DNA of 64,000 nucleotides from Clostridia bacterium (lineage in GTDB: Bacteria; Bacillota; Clostridia; Oscillospirales; QAKW01): assembly GCA_017937065.1 (NCBI GenBank), contig JAGBEI010000018.1, forward strand, positions 21,105 to 85,104, written 5' to 3'. A model generated the notes under the pieces. It searched no databases. It saw only the letters and a list, made by a program, of their open reading frames with translations, and was not told the origin of the DNA. Within the stretch, counting starts at the first letter, position 1. Each line of letters begins with the position of its first letter. The translations under genes and the position numbers were made by a program. Shown in pieces: positions 18,324 through 27,098 of this stretch.

Positions 18324-19768
18324 TTATCAAGCTCTTCCATTATCTCAAGGGCAATTTTTTCTTCGTCAAAGTCAATCCTGCCCGTATTTAAAATCTGATA
18401 TTTCTCGTGGCCCTTTCCCGCAAGCAGTACAATGTCGCCGGGGCGCGCCGCGCCGATTGCGTGCCGTATCGCCTCGCGGCGGTTTTCAATAACTGTAAAG
18501 GGCGTGCGGCATTTTTTAACGCCGGGCAGAATTTCGTTTATAATATCAATCGGCGTCTCCGAGCGCGGATTGTCGGAGGTCACGATTACATAATCGGAAA
18601 GCCTTGCCGCGGTCTGCCCCATTACGGGGCGCTTTGTTCTGTCGCGGTCGCCGCCGCAGCCGAAAAGCGTTATCACCCTGCCGTCTGCCATTTCCCGCGC
18701 GGCGGACAGGATATTTTTTAGCCCGTCTGGCGTGTGCGCGTAGTCTATCATGACGGTATACGGGCGGCTGCCGCTTATAATCTGCGCCCTGCCCGGCACC
18801 GATGCAAGAGACGCCGCCGCAGGCAGAACCTCCCCGAAATCGAGTCCGAGCGCGCACACGGCGCCGATTGCAGCCAGCGCGTTAGAGACGGTAAACGTAC
18901 CGACGGAGGATACCGAAACCCTGCCTATCCCGCCTCGCGTTACGGCAAGAAAGCTGACCCCCGACGGCTTTTGCTTTATATCCTTTGCGACAAAGTCGGC
19001 AGAGTTGTACACCGCGGAATAGGTGAATTTCCTGCACGTGACGCTCCCGGCAAACTGCCGTCCCGTCTCGTCGTCGATATTTATAACCGCCGACCCTGCG
19101 CTCTCAAAAAGCTTATACTTTGCCATGCGGTAGTTTTCCATTGTTTTATGATAATCGAGATGGTCCTGCGTAAGGTTGGTAAACACCGCCGTGTCAAAGG
19201 TTATGCCGCAGACGCGCTTTTGCACAATCGAATGCGACGACACCTCCATAACGCAGTACTCAACCCCGGCGCTTACCATCTGCGACAGCAGACTGCAAAG
19301 CTCGTACGGCTCCGGCGTGGTGGCGCCCGACGGCAGCGTTTTGTCGCCTATCATGTTTGCCACGGTACCGATAAGACCTGTTTTTTTGCCCAGATTGTCA
19401 AGAATGTTTTTAATGTAATAAACGGTTGACGTCTTGCCGTTGGTGCCCGTTACGCCGACAAATTTCATTTTGCGCTCGGGATGCCCAAACCACGCGCTTG
19501 AAAGCTCAAACATGGCGCGGCGGGTATCGGGCACCGTTATGTGCGGCAGCGTGCTGTCCGTCTGCCGCTCGCAGACTATTGCCGCCGCGCCCTTTTGCTG
19601 CGCGGACAGCGCATAGTCATGCCCGTCAGCGGCGCCGCCTGTCAGACACACAAACAGGCAGCCGCCCGTAACACGGCGCGAGTCGTACACAATATCCGTT
19701 ATTTCGATGTCGGCATACGCTTTATCATACTGTGCTTCAAGCTCCGACAGCAGATCTGACAGTCTCAT
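18320..19768 (-). CDS. murE: UDP-N-acetylmuramoyl-L-alanyl-D-glutamate--2,6-diaminopimelate ligase
   Basis: 482 aa. P-loop VTGTNGKTST. The DNPR motif (TSDNPRSE) indicates a meso-DAP-adding enzyme. Confidence 0.93.
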   Translation of the reverse strand: MRLSDLLSELEAQYDKAYADIEITDIVYDSRRVTGGCLFVCLTGGAADGHDYALSAQQKGAAAIVCERQTDSTLPHITVPDTRRAMFELSSAWFGHPERKMKFVGVTGTNGKTSTVYYIKNILDNLGKKTGLIGTVANMIGDKTLPSGATTPEPYELCSLLSQMVSAGVEYCVMEVSSHSIVQKRVCGITFDTAVFTNLTQDHLDYHKTMENYRMAKYKLFESAGSAVINIDDETGRQFAGSVTCRKFTYSAVYNSADFVAKDIKQKPSGVSFLAVTRGGIGRVSVSSVGTFTVSNALAAIGAVCALGLDFGEVLPAAASLASVPGRAQIISGSRPYTVMIDYAHTPDGLKNILSAAREMADGRVITLFGCGGDRDRTKRPVMGQTAARLSDYVIVTSDNPRSETPIDIINEILPGVKKCRTPFTVIENRREAIRHAIGAARPGDIVLLAGKGHEKYQILNTGRIDFDEEKIALEIMEELDK

Positions 19769-19822
19769 AATTCCTCCGTTAATATCTGTTTGAAGCGGCG
19801 CGGACCTTTGCCGCCGCTCAGT

Positions 19823-22135
19823 TTAGTTGGATACGTCGTTGTAGTTTTTGTAATATGCGGTAATGACGGTGCCTGCCTCCACAACGGTGCCCGCCGCGGG
19901 CTCCTGCGCCGTGATAAGGGCTGTGCTCTTTGTGCTCTCGTTTCCGACGGCACGCAGGTTAAGCCCGTAGTTTGTAATCATTTTCTGCGCGCCCGCAACG
20001 CTCATCTGGGTTATGTCGGGCACGGTCACGGTGGCGGACGGCTCCCTGCCGTTTGTATACAAAACGACGGTGCCTGTGCGCGGAATAGGCGTGCCGCTCT
20101 TGGGCATCTGGTACTCAACGGTACCCTCGCCGCCCACGATTTTATACGAAAGTCCGCTTTCCTTTACTGCGGCGACCGCATCGTCGGTCGAAAGACCGGA
20201 TACGGCGGGAACGGCGGTGTCAAGGCTGTCAAGCTCCTCGTCTGTATACTTGGGGGTTATCTCAAGATAGGGCAGTACGTCGGACAGGATTTTGCCCGCC
20301 GTCGGCGCGGCGGTAAGACCGCCGAAATACTCCGAGCCGCTCGGCTCGTCAAGCATGACAAGAATGGCAATCTGCGGGTCGTCTGCCGGCGCAAAGCCGA
20401 TAAACGACGCGATATACTCCTCCTCGCCCGTCGAGCTCTCGGTTGCCAGCTTTTCCGATGTACCCGTTTTGCCCGCAACGCGGTAGCCCTTGACATACGC
20501 GTTTTTGCCCGAACCCGTTTTGACCGCGTCCGCCAAAAGCGCACACATCTTTTCCGACGTCTCCTTGGAGATTACCTGGCGCTTTACGCCGCTCTCTATA
20601 CTCTTGACAACGGTGGTCTTGCCGTTTTCATCGGTAGAGGTTATCTCCTTTACAACGTGCGGCGTCACAAGCGTGCCGCCGTTGGCAACCGCCGCGACGG
20701 CGGTCAGCATCTGAATGGGCGTGACCTTAAAGCGCTGTCCGAAAGACGCCGTTGCAAGCTCCACCTCGTTAAAGCTCGAATCGCTGTGGAAAATGCCGGT
20801 TGCCTCGCCCGCAAGGTCTATGCCCGTTTTTTCGGTGAGACCGAAGTTTTTAAAATAGCTTTTGAATGTAGTATTGCCTATCCGCGCGCCTATCATCATA
20901 AAGGCGGGGTTGCAGGAATTGTTTATTGTCTGCGGAAAGTTCTGCGAGCCGTGACCGCCGTGCTTCCAGCAGCTTATGCGGCGGTTGCCCACCACAAAAT
21001 AGCCGGGGCAGTAAAACGAATCGCTGTCGCTCACAAGATTTTCCTCCACCGCCATTGACGCCGTAAGTATCTTGAAGGTGGAGCCGGGCTCATAGGTATC
21101 GACTATGAGCTTGTTTCTGCGCATGAGGTTTGTAAGCTCGGTTTTCTTTTCGTCGAGTGTCTTTTCCGTTTCGCTTTGCGTATCGTCTGCGTTTTCGCCG
21201 TCCGCCGCGGTTTGCTCCGCTTTGTCCGTATCGGATGCCGTACTGCCCGACGGGCTTTCAAAAAGCTCAAGCTCCGAAAGCAGCAGCTTGTCGGTTATCT
21301 GCTGATAGTTGTTGAGGTCGTAGTCGGGCTTTGAGGTGATGCCCAAAAGCCCGCCCGTTTTAACGTCCATAATCATGGCGGCGGCGCCGTTTAAGCACTT
21401 GAAGTCCTCGCGCGCCTGCTCGATGTGCTTTTCAAGGTAATACTGCACCGTTGAGTCTATCGTGAGCCTGATATCGTTTCCGTCCTTGGCGGGCACATAG
21501 GTCTCATATTCGACGGGAAGCTCGCTGCCCGCATTGTTTTTCGCGGTTATAAGCTTTCCGTTTGTGCCCTGAAGATAGCTGTTGTACATAAGCTCGATAC
21601 CGTCAAGCCCCACGTTGTCGGTGCCCGTAAAGCCGATAATGTGCGACGCCAGATTGTTATACGGATAGTAGCGCTTGGTATCGTCTATAAGGTGTATGCC
21701 CGTCGCCTTGCTCTCGGATATGTAGTCGCGCACCTTGTCGGCAACGTCGCTTTCAATCTTGCGCTTTACTATCTCGTAATAGTTGTTTTTCTGCGTCTTG
21801 GCATACACCGTGTCGTAATCGACGCCCAAAATCTCGGAGAGATTTTTTGCCACGTCGTGCGCGTCCTCGTCGTCAATGTTTTTGGGGGATATATATACGG
21901 TTTTGACGTCGGACGACACGGCAAGCTCGACGCCGTTGCAGTCGGTGATGCTGCCGCGCTTTGCGTTTATCGTCGTATTCATTGTCTGCTGAGCTATTGC
22001 CCTGGACTGATAAACGTCATAATTTATTATCTGATAATAGACGAGAAAGCCGATTATTACACACACGGCGGCAAAAAGCACTGCCATAAGCGCCAGGGCT
22101 CTGTTTTTCATTTTCTTGGTGGGTGTCTTTGCCAT
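19823..22135 (-). CDS. Class B penicillin-binding protein (FtsI/PBP2B/SpoVD type) with two C-terminal PASTA domains
   Basis: 770 aa. It has an N-terminal TM helix, a PBP dimerisation region, the transpeptidase motifs STFK, SCN and KTGT, and two PASTA-like repeats at the C-terminus. Confidence 0.93.
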   Translation of the reverse strand: MAKTPTKKMKNRALALMAVLFAAVCVIIGFLVYYQIINYDVYQSRAIAQQTMNTTINAKRGSITDCNGVELAVSSDVKTVYISPKNIDDEDAHDVAKNLSEILGVDYDTVYAKTQKNNYYEIVKRKIESDVADKVRDYISESKATGIHLIDDTKRYYPYNNLASHIIGFTGTDNVGLDGIELMYNSYLQGTNGKLITAKNNAGSELPVEYETYVPAKDGNDIRLTIDSTVQYYLEKHIEQAREDFKCLNGAAAMIMDVKTGGLLGITSKPDYDLNNYQQITDKLLLSELELFESPSGSTASDTDKAEQTAADGENADDTQSETEKTLDEKKTELTNLMRRNKLIVDTYEPGSTFKILTASMAVEENLVSDSDSFYCPGYFVVGNRRISCWKHGGHGSQNFPQTINNSCNPAFMMIGARIGNTTFKSYFKNFGLTEKTGIDLAGEATGIFHSDSSFNEVELATASFGQRFKVTPIQMLTAVAAVANGGTLVTPHVVKEITSTDENGKTTVVKSIESGVKRQVISKETSEKMCALLADAVKTGSGKNAYVKGYRVAGKTGTSEKLATESSTGEEEYIASFIGFAPADDPQIAILVMLDEPSGSEYFGGLTAAPTAGKILSDVLPYLEITPKYTDEELDSLDTAVPAVSGLSTDDAVAAVKESGLSYKIVGGEGTVEYQMPKSGTPIPRTGTVVLYTNGREPSATVTVPDITQMSVAGAQKMITNYGLNLRAVGNESTKSTALITAQEPAAGTVVEAGTVITAYYKNYNDVSN

Positions 22136-22235
22136 GGTTTTCTCCGTCTTTCTTAAAATTTGTCAAAATTAAAACAAGAGCGGGCAAGTAATCTGTTAAA
22201 AAAGAACCTCCCGCTCTAATAATATTTATTACACG

Positions 22236-22628
22236 TCAGTTCAAATATTCATAAAGAATATTGAAGCTGCTCACAACTCCGTCCAAAAACGACTTTTTTT
22301 CCTTTTCGGGCGCAATCTCAACCGTATCGCTGTCAGCGAGATTTACAGTATGAATACGAAAGGCTTCCAGCTTGACCATGCCCAGCTGTTCCGTAGCGAT
22401 CTGCTCAATGCTGGCAAGCGAGTTTTTGCGGTCAATCTCAACGCACAGCACCGAATTGCGGGCGTTCAGCTCGTCCAGCTCCTTCTTTTTGCCGGCAGAG
22501 CTTAAGGTGAGCTCGTTGAGCGAGATGTAACCGTTAAGCACAAATGCCGCGAGCAGAACGCAGACTGCCGACACACAGAATGTGAACGGAGATAAATATT
22601 TTCTTTTGGTAGTCTTTGTTTTTTTCAT
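22236..22628 (-). CDS. ftsL: Cell division protein FtsL-like (bitopic, coiled coil)
   Basis: 130 aa with a single TM helix followed by a coiled-coil segment. It sits in the canonical position between rsmH and the PBP gene. The call rests on position and architecture only. Confidence 0.7.
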   Translation of the reverse strand: MKKTKTTKRKYLSPFTFCVSAVCVLLAAFVLNGYISLNELTLSSAGKKKELDELNARNSVLCVEIDRKNSLASIEQIATEQLGMVKLEAFRIHTVNLADSDTVEIAPEKEKKSFLDGVVSSFNILYEYLN

Positions 22629-22647
22629 GTTCCCCTTATTTCCCCTT

Positions 22648-23586
22648 TTAGATTTTTTCCGCCACTCTCAGCTTTGCGGGCTTTGAGCGGTTGTTTTCAC
22701 TCAGTTCCTTTTCGTCCGCCGTCACGGGCTTGTGCGTTATCAGCTTCATTGTCGCCTTTCTGCCGCAAACGCAGACGGGAATGTTTTTATTGCAGACGCA
22801 GCCCGTTGCCATGTCCTTTAACGTATTTTTTACTATTCTGTCCTCCAGCGAATGAAAGGTCATCACCGCAAGTCTGCCGCCCGGCTCTAAAAGCCCCGCC
22901 GCGTCGCGTATCGCCTGCTCCAAAATTTTGAGCTCGCCGTTCACCTCAATGCGCAGCGCCTGATAGGTGCGCTTGGACGGGTGCTTTTCACCGTAGCGCT
23001 CAGAGGGAGGAAACGCGCGCTTTATGATATCGTTGAGCTGAAACGTCGTTTCAATCGGCGCCTTTTCCCGCGCGCGGCAGATTTGATAAGCTATTTTGTC
23101 GGCGCGGCGCTCCTCGCCGTATTCATATAAAATCCTTGCAAGCTCACGCTGAGAACAGCCGTTTACTATATCCCTTGCGCTGACGCTGTCCTCCCGCGAC
23201 ATGCGCATATCAAGCGGCGCGTCAAAGCGATAGGAAAAGCCGCGCTGCGCGTTGTCAAGCTGGTAGCTTGAAACGCCCAGGTCAAACAGCACGCCGCTTA
23301 CCCTGTCGGCGCCCGACTGCAAAACGGCGGTTTTTATATCCTTAAAGTTTGCATGCACAAGCCGCACCGAGGATTTATACCTTTCAAGCCGCTGTGACGC
23401 CGCGCGTATCGCGTCCGCGTCGCGGTCTATTCCGATAAGCAAGCCGCCCTCAAGCCGCTTTGCTATCTCCTCGCTGTGCCCGCCGCCGCCCAGCGTACAG
23501 TCAACATACACACCGTCCGGCTTGATATTCAAAGCGTCCGTACAGCGATCACGCATAACGCTGTAATGAGAAAATTCCGTACCCAT
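22648..23586 (-). CDS. rsmH: 16S rRNA (cytosine1402-N4)-methyltransferase
   Basis: 312 aa with HYSVM, YVDCTLGGGGHS and DLGVSSYQLD, the MraW/RsmH signature. Confidence 0.96.
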   Translation of the reverse strand: MGTEFSHYSVMRDRCTDALNIKPDGVYVDCTLGGGGHSEEIAKRLEGGLLIGIDRDADAIRAASQRLERYKSSVRLVHANFKDIKTAVLQSGADRVSGVLFDLGVSSYQLDNAQRGFSYRFDAPLDMRMSREDSVSARDIVNGCSQRELARILYEYGEERRADKIAYQICRAREKAPIETTFQLNDIIKRAFPPSERYGEKHPSKRTYQALRIEVNGELKILEQAIRDAAGLLEPGGRLAVMTFHSLEDRIVKNTLKDMATGCVCNKNIPVCVCGRKATMKLITHKPVTADEKELSENNRSKPAKLRVAEKI

Positions 23587-24005
23587 TATAAGATAAGCTC
23601 GTCCATACAGGCGACGATTGAATCGCTGTCAAGCATATTCTGAGAAGCCTCCCAGCGCTCCGGCGTCCAAATCTCTATCATATCGCCGTTTCCCACTAAA
23701 ACGACCTCGTTTTCAACGCCGATTTTCTGCCGAAGCTGCTGCGGAATCTGCATTCTGCCCTGCTTGTCCGTCGCAACCTCATGCATACTGCCCAGAAAAA
23801 AGCGCTTTATCCAGCGAACCTTTGAAGGCGGCGCGCTGTCAAACCTTGAAAGAAACTTCTCCCACTCGGTCTGCGACATCACCATCAGCGTGTCGTCGTA
23901 GCCCGCGGTAATAACAAACTCCAGCCCGAGCTCCTTTTTGAATTTTGCGGGCATTACCACCCTGCCCTTTTCATCAACGGTATGCGTATATGTTCCCCCG
24001 AGCAC
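23586..24005 (-). CDS. mraZ: Transcriptional regulator MraZ
   Basis: 139 aa. Duplicated SpoVT-AbrB halves (VDEKGRVVMPAKFKKEL and TDKQGRMQIPQQLRQKI), a GTG start preceded by AAAGGTGGTGA, and first position in the dcw cluster. Confidence 0.95.
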   Translation of the reverse strand: MLGGTYTHTVDEKGRVVMPAKFKKELGLEFVITAGYDDTLMVMSQTEWEKFLSRFDSAPPSKVRWIKRFFLGSMHEVATDKQGRMQIPQQLRQKIGVENEVVLVGNGDMIEIWTPERWEASQNMLDSDSIVACMDELIL

Positions 24006-24045
24006 AGTTTGTCACCACCTTTCTTTAAATCATGGCATTGTCATG

Positions 24046-24073
24046 CCACTTTGACACCACTTTGCCACCACTT
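24046..24073 (-). promoter_or_regulatory. Three direct AAGTGG repeats at 11-nt phasing: putative MraZ operator
   Basis: The minus strand reads AAGTGGTGGCA AAGTGGTGTCA AAGTGGCATGA immediately downstream of the -10 element. This resembles the phased direct-repeat MraZ boxes described in other bacteria. Confidence 0.6.
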
Positions 24074-24080
24074 CTATTTA

Positions 24081-24109
24081 ATTATAGGCATTTGAAAACG
24101 GTTTGTCAA
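24081..24109 (-). promoter_or_regulatory. Consensus sigma-A promoter of the dcw cluster (TTGACA-17 nt-TATAAT)
   Basis: On the minus strand, -35 TTGACA is at 24104-24109 and -10 TATAAT at 24081-24086, with an exact 17-nt spacer. It lies about 75 nt upstream of the mraZ start. Confidence 0.7.
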
Positions 24110-24243
24110 CAAGTTTGCGGATATTTAATAATAAAAATTGCCGCCAATTTTCTCCAAAAAACCGGCAACCGCCGCGGTTTGGACGAAAGCCGCCGTGAAA
24201 TGGACAAAAAGTTACAACTTAAAGAAAAAAAGCGGTGCAATCA

Positions 24244-24272
24244 TTTACAATTTTCCTGTTTGAAAATATACT
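24244..24272 (+). promoter_or_regulatory. Putative promoter of the GRE operon (TTTACA-17 nt-TATACT)
   Basis: -35 at 24244-24249 and -10 at 24267-24272, about 25 nt upstream of the ATG at 24298. Confidence 0.45.
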
Positions 24273-24297
24273 CATTCTGAAAGGCGGTGTCAGACCG

Positions 24298-26280
24298 ATG
24301 AAAGAGATATATGATTTTATAACACAGAAAAAGCACCTGAAATACAGGCGCTGCCTGGACATTAATTTAGCGGAGGAATTTTGCGGGCAAAAGCTTTGCG
24401 CCAAGGAGAGAGTAACCCGCAGGTTTGAGCTGATGTGCAGAGAGGAACTCCCCGTAATACTTCCGGGTGAAAAAATATGTTTTACCCGCACTGTGGGAAA
24501 TCTGCCCGACGTATACACAAAGGCGGAACGCGATGAGATGAAAAGAGGCGCCAGAATGCCGGAGGGCGGCGCGATATCAAACCTCACGCCCGACTACGCA
24601 AGGATAATGACGACGGGCTTTGACGCGCTGAGGGACACGCTTGACAGCTACGGACAGCGGGAAATCGACGCAATTTTATATCTTGTGTCAAAATACCGCG
24701 ATGAGGCTTTAAAGCAGCAAAACACCGAGCTTGCGGAAATTCTTGAGCGTGTTCCGCGGCAGAGTCCGCGCACCTTCCGCGAGGCACTCCAGTTTTTCAG
24801 AATAATACACTTTGCCTGTATTCTGGACGGCTGCCACCATGTGACACTGGGCAGGTTTGACAAGTATATGTACCCCTACTATAAGGCGGATATTAATTAC
24901 GGAAAGCTGACGGAGGATAAGGCATATGACCTCATACGCGAGTTTTTCCTGTCATTCAACAAGGATTCGGATATATATTCGTGCGTACAGCTGGGCGACA
25001 ACGGGCAGAGCATGGTGCTGGGCGGCAGCGACGGAAACGGCGGCGAGATTTTCAACGAGCTGACGGTGCTTGCGCTGCGCGCCTCACGCGAGAACATGCT
25101 GATTGACCCGAAAATCAACCTGCGGGTATCGTCCAAAACCCCGCTCGAAGTATTTATAAAAGGCACCGAGCTTACGCGCGCGGGGCTGGGCTTTCCGCAG
25201 TATTCAAACGACGATATCGTAATCCCCGCCCTTACCGAAATGGGCTACGACAGGGCGGACGCCGAGGATTACGTCGTCGCCGCCTGCTGGGAATTCATAA
25301 TCCCCGGTCACGGCGCCGACATTCCGAATATCGCCGTCATGCCGTTTGCCGACGTCATAAATACAGTACTCCACCGTGATTTGAAAAGCTGCACGGATTT
25401 TGAGCAGTTCAAGGAATGCGTCAAAAAGGAAATCGGGAATATCGCGGATACGATAGACAACCGGCTAAAACGCATAAAGTATCTGCCGTCGCCGTTCATG
25501 AGCGCCATGCTCGGAGAAGGGGACGTGTCGGAGGGCGGAAAATACAACAACTTCGGTATTCACGGCGCAGGCATTGCGACTGCCGCCGATTCGCTGACGG
25601 CAATTAAAAAATATGTATTTGACGAAAAATCCGTGACGGCGGATGAGCTTATTAACGCTGTGGACAATGATTTTGAGGGCAGCGGCGAGCTGCTGCACAG
25701 GCTGCGCTACGAAACCCCCAAGCTGGGGCAAAACGACAGCGAGGCGGACGACATGGCGGTATTTTTACTGAATTCGTTTGCAAAAGCGCTGTCGGGGAGA
25801 GTAAACTCACGCGGCGGTATTTACCGCGCAGGCACGGGCACCGCTATGGAATATCTGTCCGTCAAAAATATCCCCGCCTCCCCCGACGGCAGACGGCGGG
25901 GCGAGCCGCTGGGGACAAATTACTCGCCGAGTCTTTTTGCGAAAATAAACGGCCCCATGTCCGTTATACGGTCATTTACAAAGCCCGACCTCAAAAAGAC
26001 CTGCAACGGCGGACCGCTGACCCTGGAATTTCACGCGGGGATATTTGACAGCGAAGATGCTGTCAGAAAAACGGCGGAGCTTGTAAAATCATACATAGAC
26101 ATGGGCGGACATCAGCTGCAGCTCAACGCGGTAAATGTAAAGGCACTGAAAGAGGCGCAGAAAAATCCGCAGGACTACAAAAACCTCATTGTGAGAATAT
26201 GGGGCTGGAGCGCATATTTCACAGAGCTTGACAAACCGTACCAGGATCATGTAATATCAAGGCAGGAATACACGGTATGA
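24298..26280 (+). CDS. Glycyl radical enzyme, PFL2/dehydratase-like, compact (660 aa), substrate unknown
   Basis: The C-terminal glycine loop is LIVRIWGWSAYFTEL (Gly codon 26203-26205). The Cys loop AACWEF has a C-x-E arrangement (Cys 25285-25287, Glu 25291-25293). A GRE activase follows directly. The start is taken as ATG 24298 (MKEIYDF), downstream of AAAGGCGG; the track ORF begins at 24235. Confidence 0.88.
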   Translation: MKEIYDFITQKKHLKYRRCLDINLAEEFCGQKLCAKERVTRRFELMCREELPVILPGEKICFTRTVGNLPDVYTKAERDEMKRGARMPEGGAISNLTPDYARIMTTGFDALRDTLDSYGQREIDAILYLVSKYRDEALKQQNTELAEILERVPRQSPRTFREALQFFRIIHFACILDGCHHVTLGRFDKYMYPYYKADINYGKLTEDKAYDLIREFFLSFNKDSDIYSCVQLGDNGQSMVLGGSDGNGGEIFNELTVLALRASRENMLIDPKINLRVSSKTPLEVFIKGTELTRAGLGFPQYSNDDIVIPALTEMGYDRADAEDYVVAACWEFIIPGHGADIPNIAVMPFADVINTVLHRDLKSCTDFEQFKECVKKEIGNIADTIDNRLKRIKYLPSPFMSAMLGEGDVSEGGKYNNFGIHGAGIATAADSLTAIKKYVFDEKSVTADELINAVDNDFEGSGELLHRLRYETPKLGQNDSEADDMAVFLLNSFAKALSGRVNSRGGIYRAGTGTAMEYLSVKNIPASPDGRRRGEPLGTNYSPSLFAKINGPMSVIRSFTKPDLKKTCNGGPLTLEFHAGIFDSEDAVRKTAELVKSYIDMGGHQLQLNAVNVKALKEAQKNPQDYKNLIVRIWGWSAYFTELDKPYQDHVISRQEYTV

Positions 26281-27098
26281 CATACGGGACTGTATTCGAT
26301 ATACGCGAGTTTACGGTGCATGACGGCCCCGGTGCGAGAGTTACGGTGTTTTTAAAGGGCTGTCCCCTGCGCTGCCGCTGGTGCCACAACCCCGAGGGAC
26401 TGCCGCCCGCGCCCCAGCTCATGATACGTGAAAGCGCCTGCACCCGCTGCGGTGCGTGCAGGGTGAAATGCTCTCACAGCGAATGCCAGCCGTTTTCACG
26501 GTGCCTGCACGCCTGTCCGTCGGGACTGATTACGCTGTGCGGAGAGCGGTTTTCATCAGACGAGCTTGCAAAAAGGCTTTCAGGCTACGCTCCGTTTTTA
26601 AAAAACGGCGGCGTAACCTTTTCGGGCGGCGAGCCGCTGATGCAGCATGAATTTCTGAGCGAGCTTTTAACAAAAACCCGCCCTCTCCACCGCGCGATAG
26701 AGACAAGCGGCTATGCGCCGCAACGCATTTTCAGAGAGATTGCGGGGCTGTGCGACCTTGTGATAATGGATTTAAAGCTTGCCGACAGGGAGCAGCACAA
26801 AAAATACACGGGCGTATACAACGATGTCATACTGAAAAACCTGCAATATCTTCAGCAAAGCGGCAGGGAGCACATCATACGCATACCGCTGATACCCGAA
26901 ATCACCGACACAAAACAGAACCTGCTCGCCGCGGCAGAGCTTGCGGGCGACTCGCAGGTGGAGCTTTTGAGATACAACAGGGCGGCGGGCGCAAAATACG
27001 AAACGGTGGGGAAAAAATACACACTTGACGGACTTTCGGCACAGGGAGAGCAGGCTCTCCCCGATATTTCAATATTCAGAAAGGCTAAAATACTATGA
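26277..27098 (+). CDS. Glycyl-radical enzyme activating protein (radical SAM)
   Basis: 273 aa. It has the FTVHDGPGAR motif, the radical SAM cluster CPLRCRWCHN, a ferredoxin-like CTRCGACRVKC insert, and GGEPL. There is an ATGA overlap with the GRE stop. Confidence 0.93.
   Translation: MTYGTVFDIREFTVHDGPGARVTVFLKGCPLRCRWCHNPEGLPPAPQLMIRESACTRCGACRVKCSHSECQPFSRCLHACPSGLITLCGERFSSDELAKRLSGYAPFLKNGGVTFSGGEPLMQHEFLSELLTKTRPLHRAIETSGYAPQRIFREIAGLCDLVIMDLKLADREQHKKYTGVYNDVILKNLQYLQQSGREHIIRIPLIPEITDTKQNLLAAAELAGDSQVELLRYNRAAGAKYETVGKKYTLDGLSAQGEQALPDISIFRKAKIL

Noticed and set aside
19790-21058. 422-aa plus-strand ORF
   Set aside because: It is an antisense shadow ORF of the PBP gene, with Arg/Gly/Ala-rich low-information sequence.
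22136-22235. Possible terminator between ftsL and the PBP gene
   Set aside because: The only pairing found is 8 bp (AGAGCGGG/CCCGCTCT) with a loop of about 25 nt, which is too weak to call. The genes are probably co-transcribed.
24032-24280. 82-aa plus-strand ORF in the mraZ/GRE intergenic region
   Set aside because: It overlaps the dcw promoter and the MraZ boxes. It has no RBS, and its composition matches AT-rich regulatory DNA.
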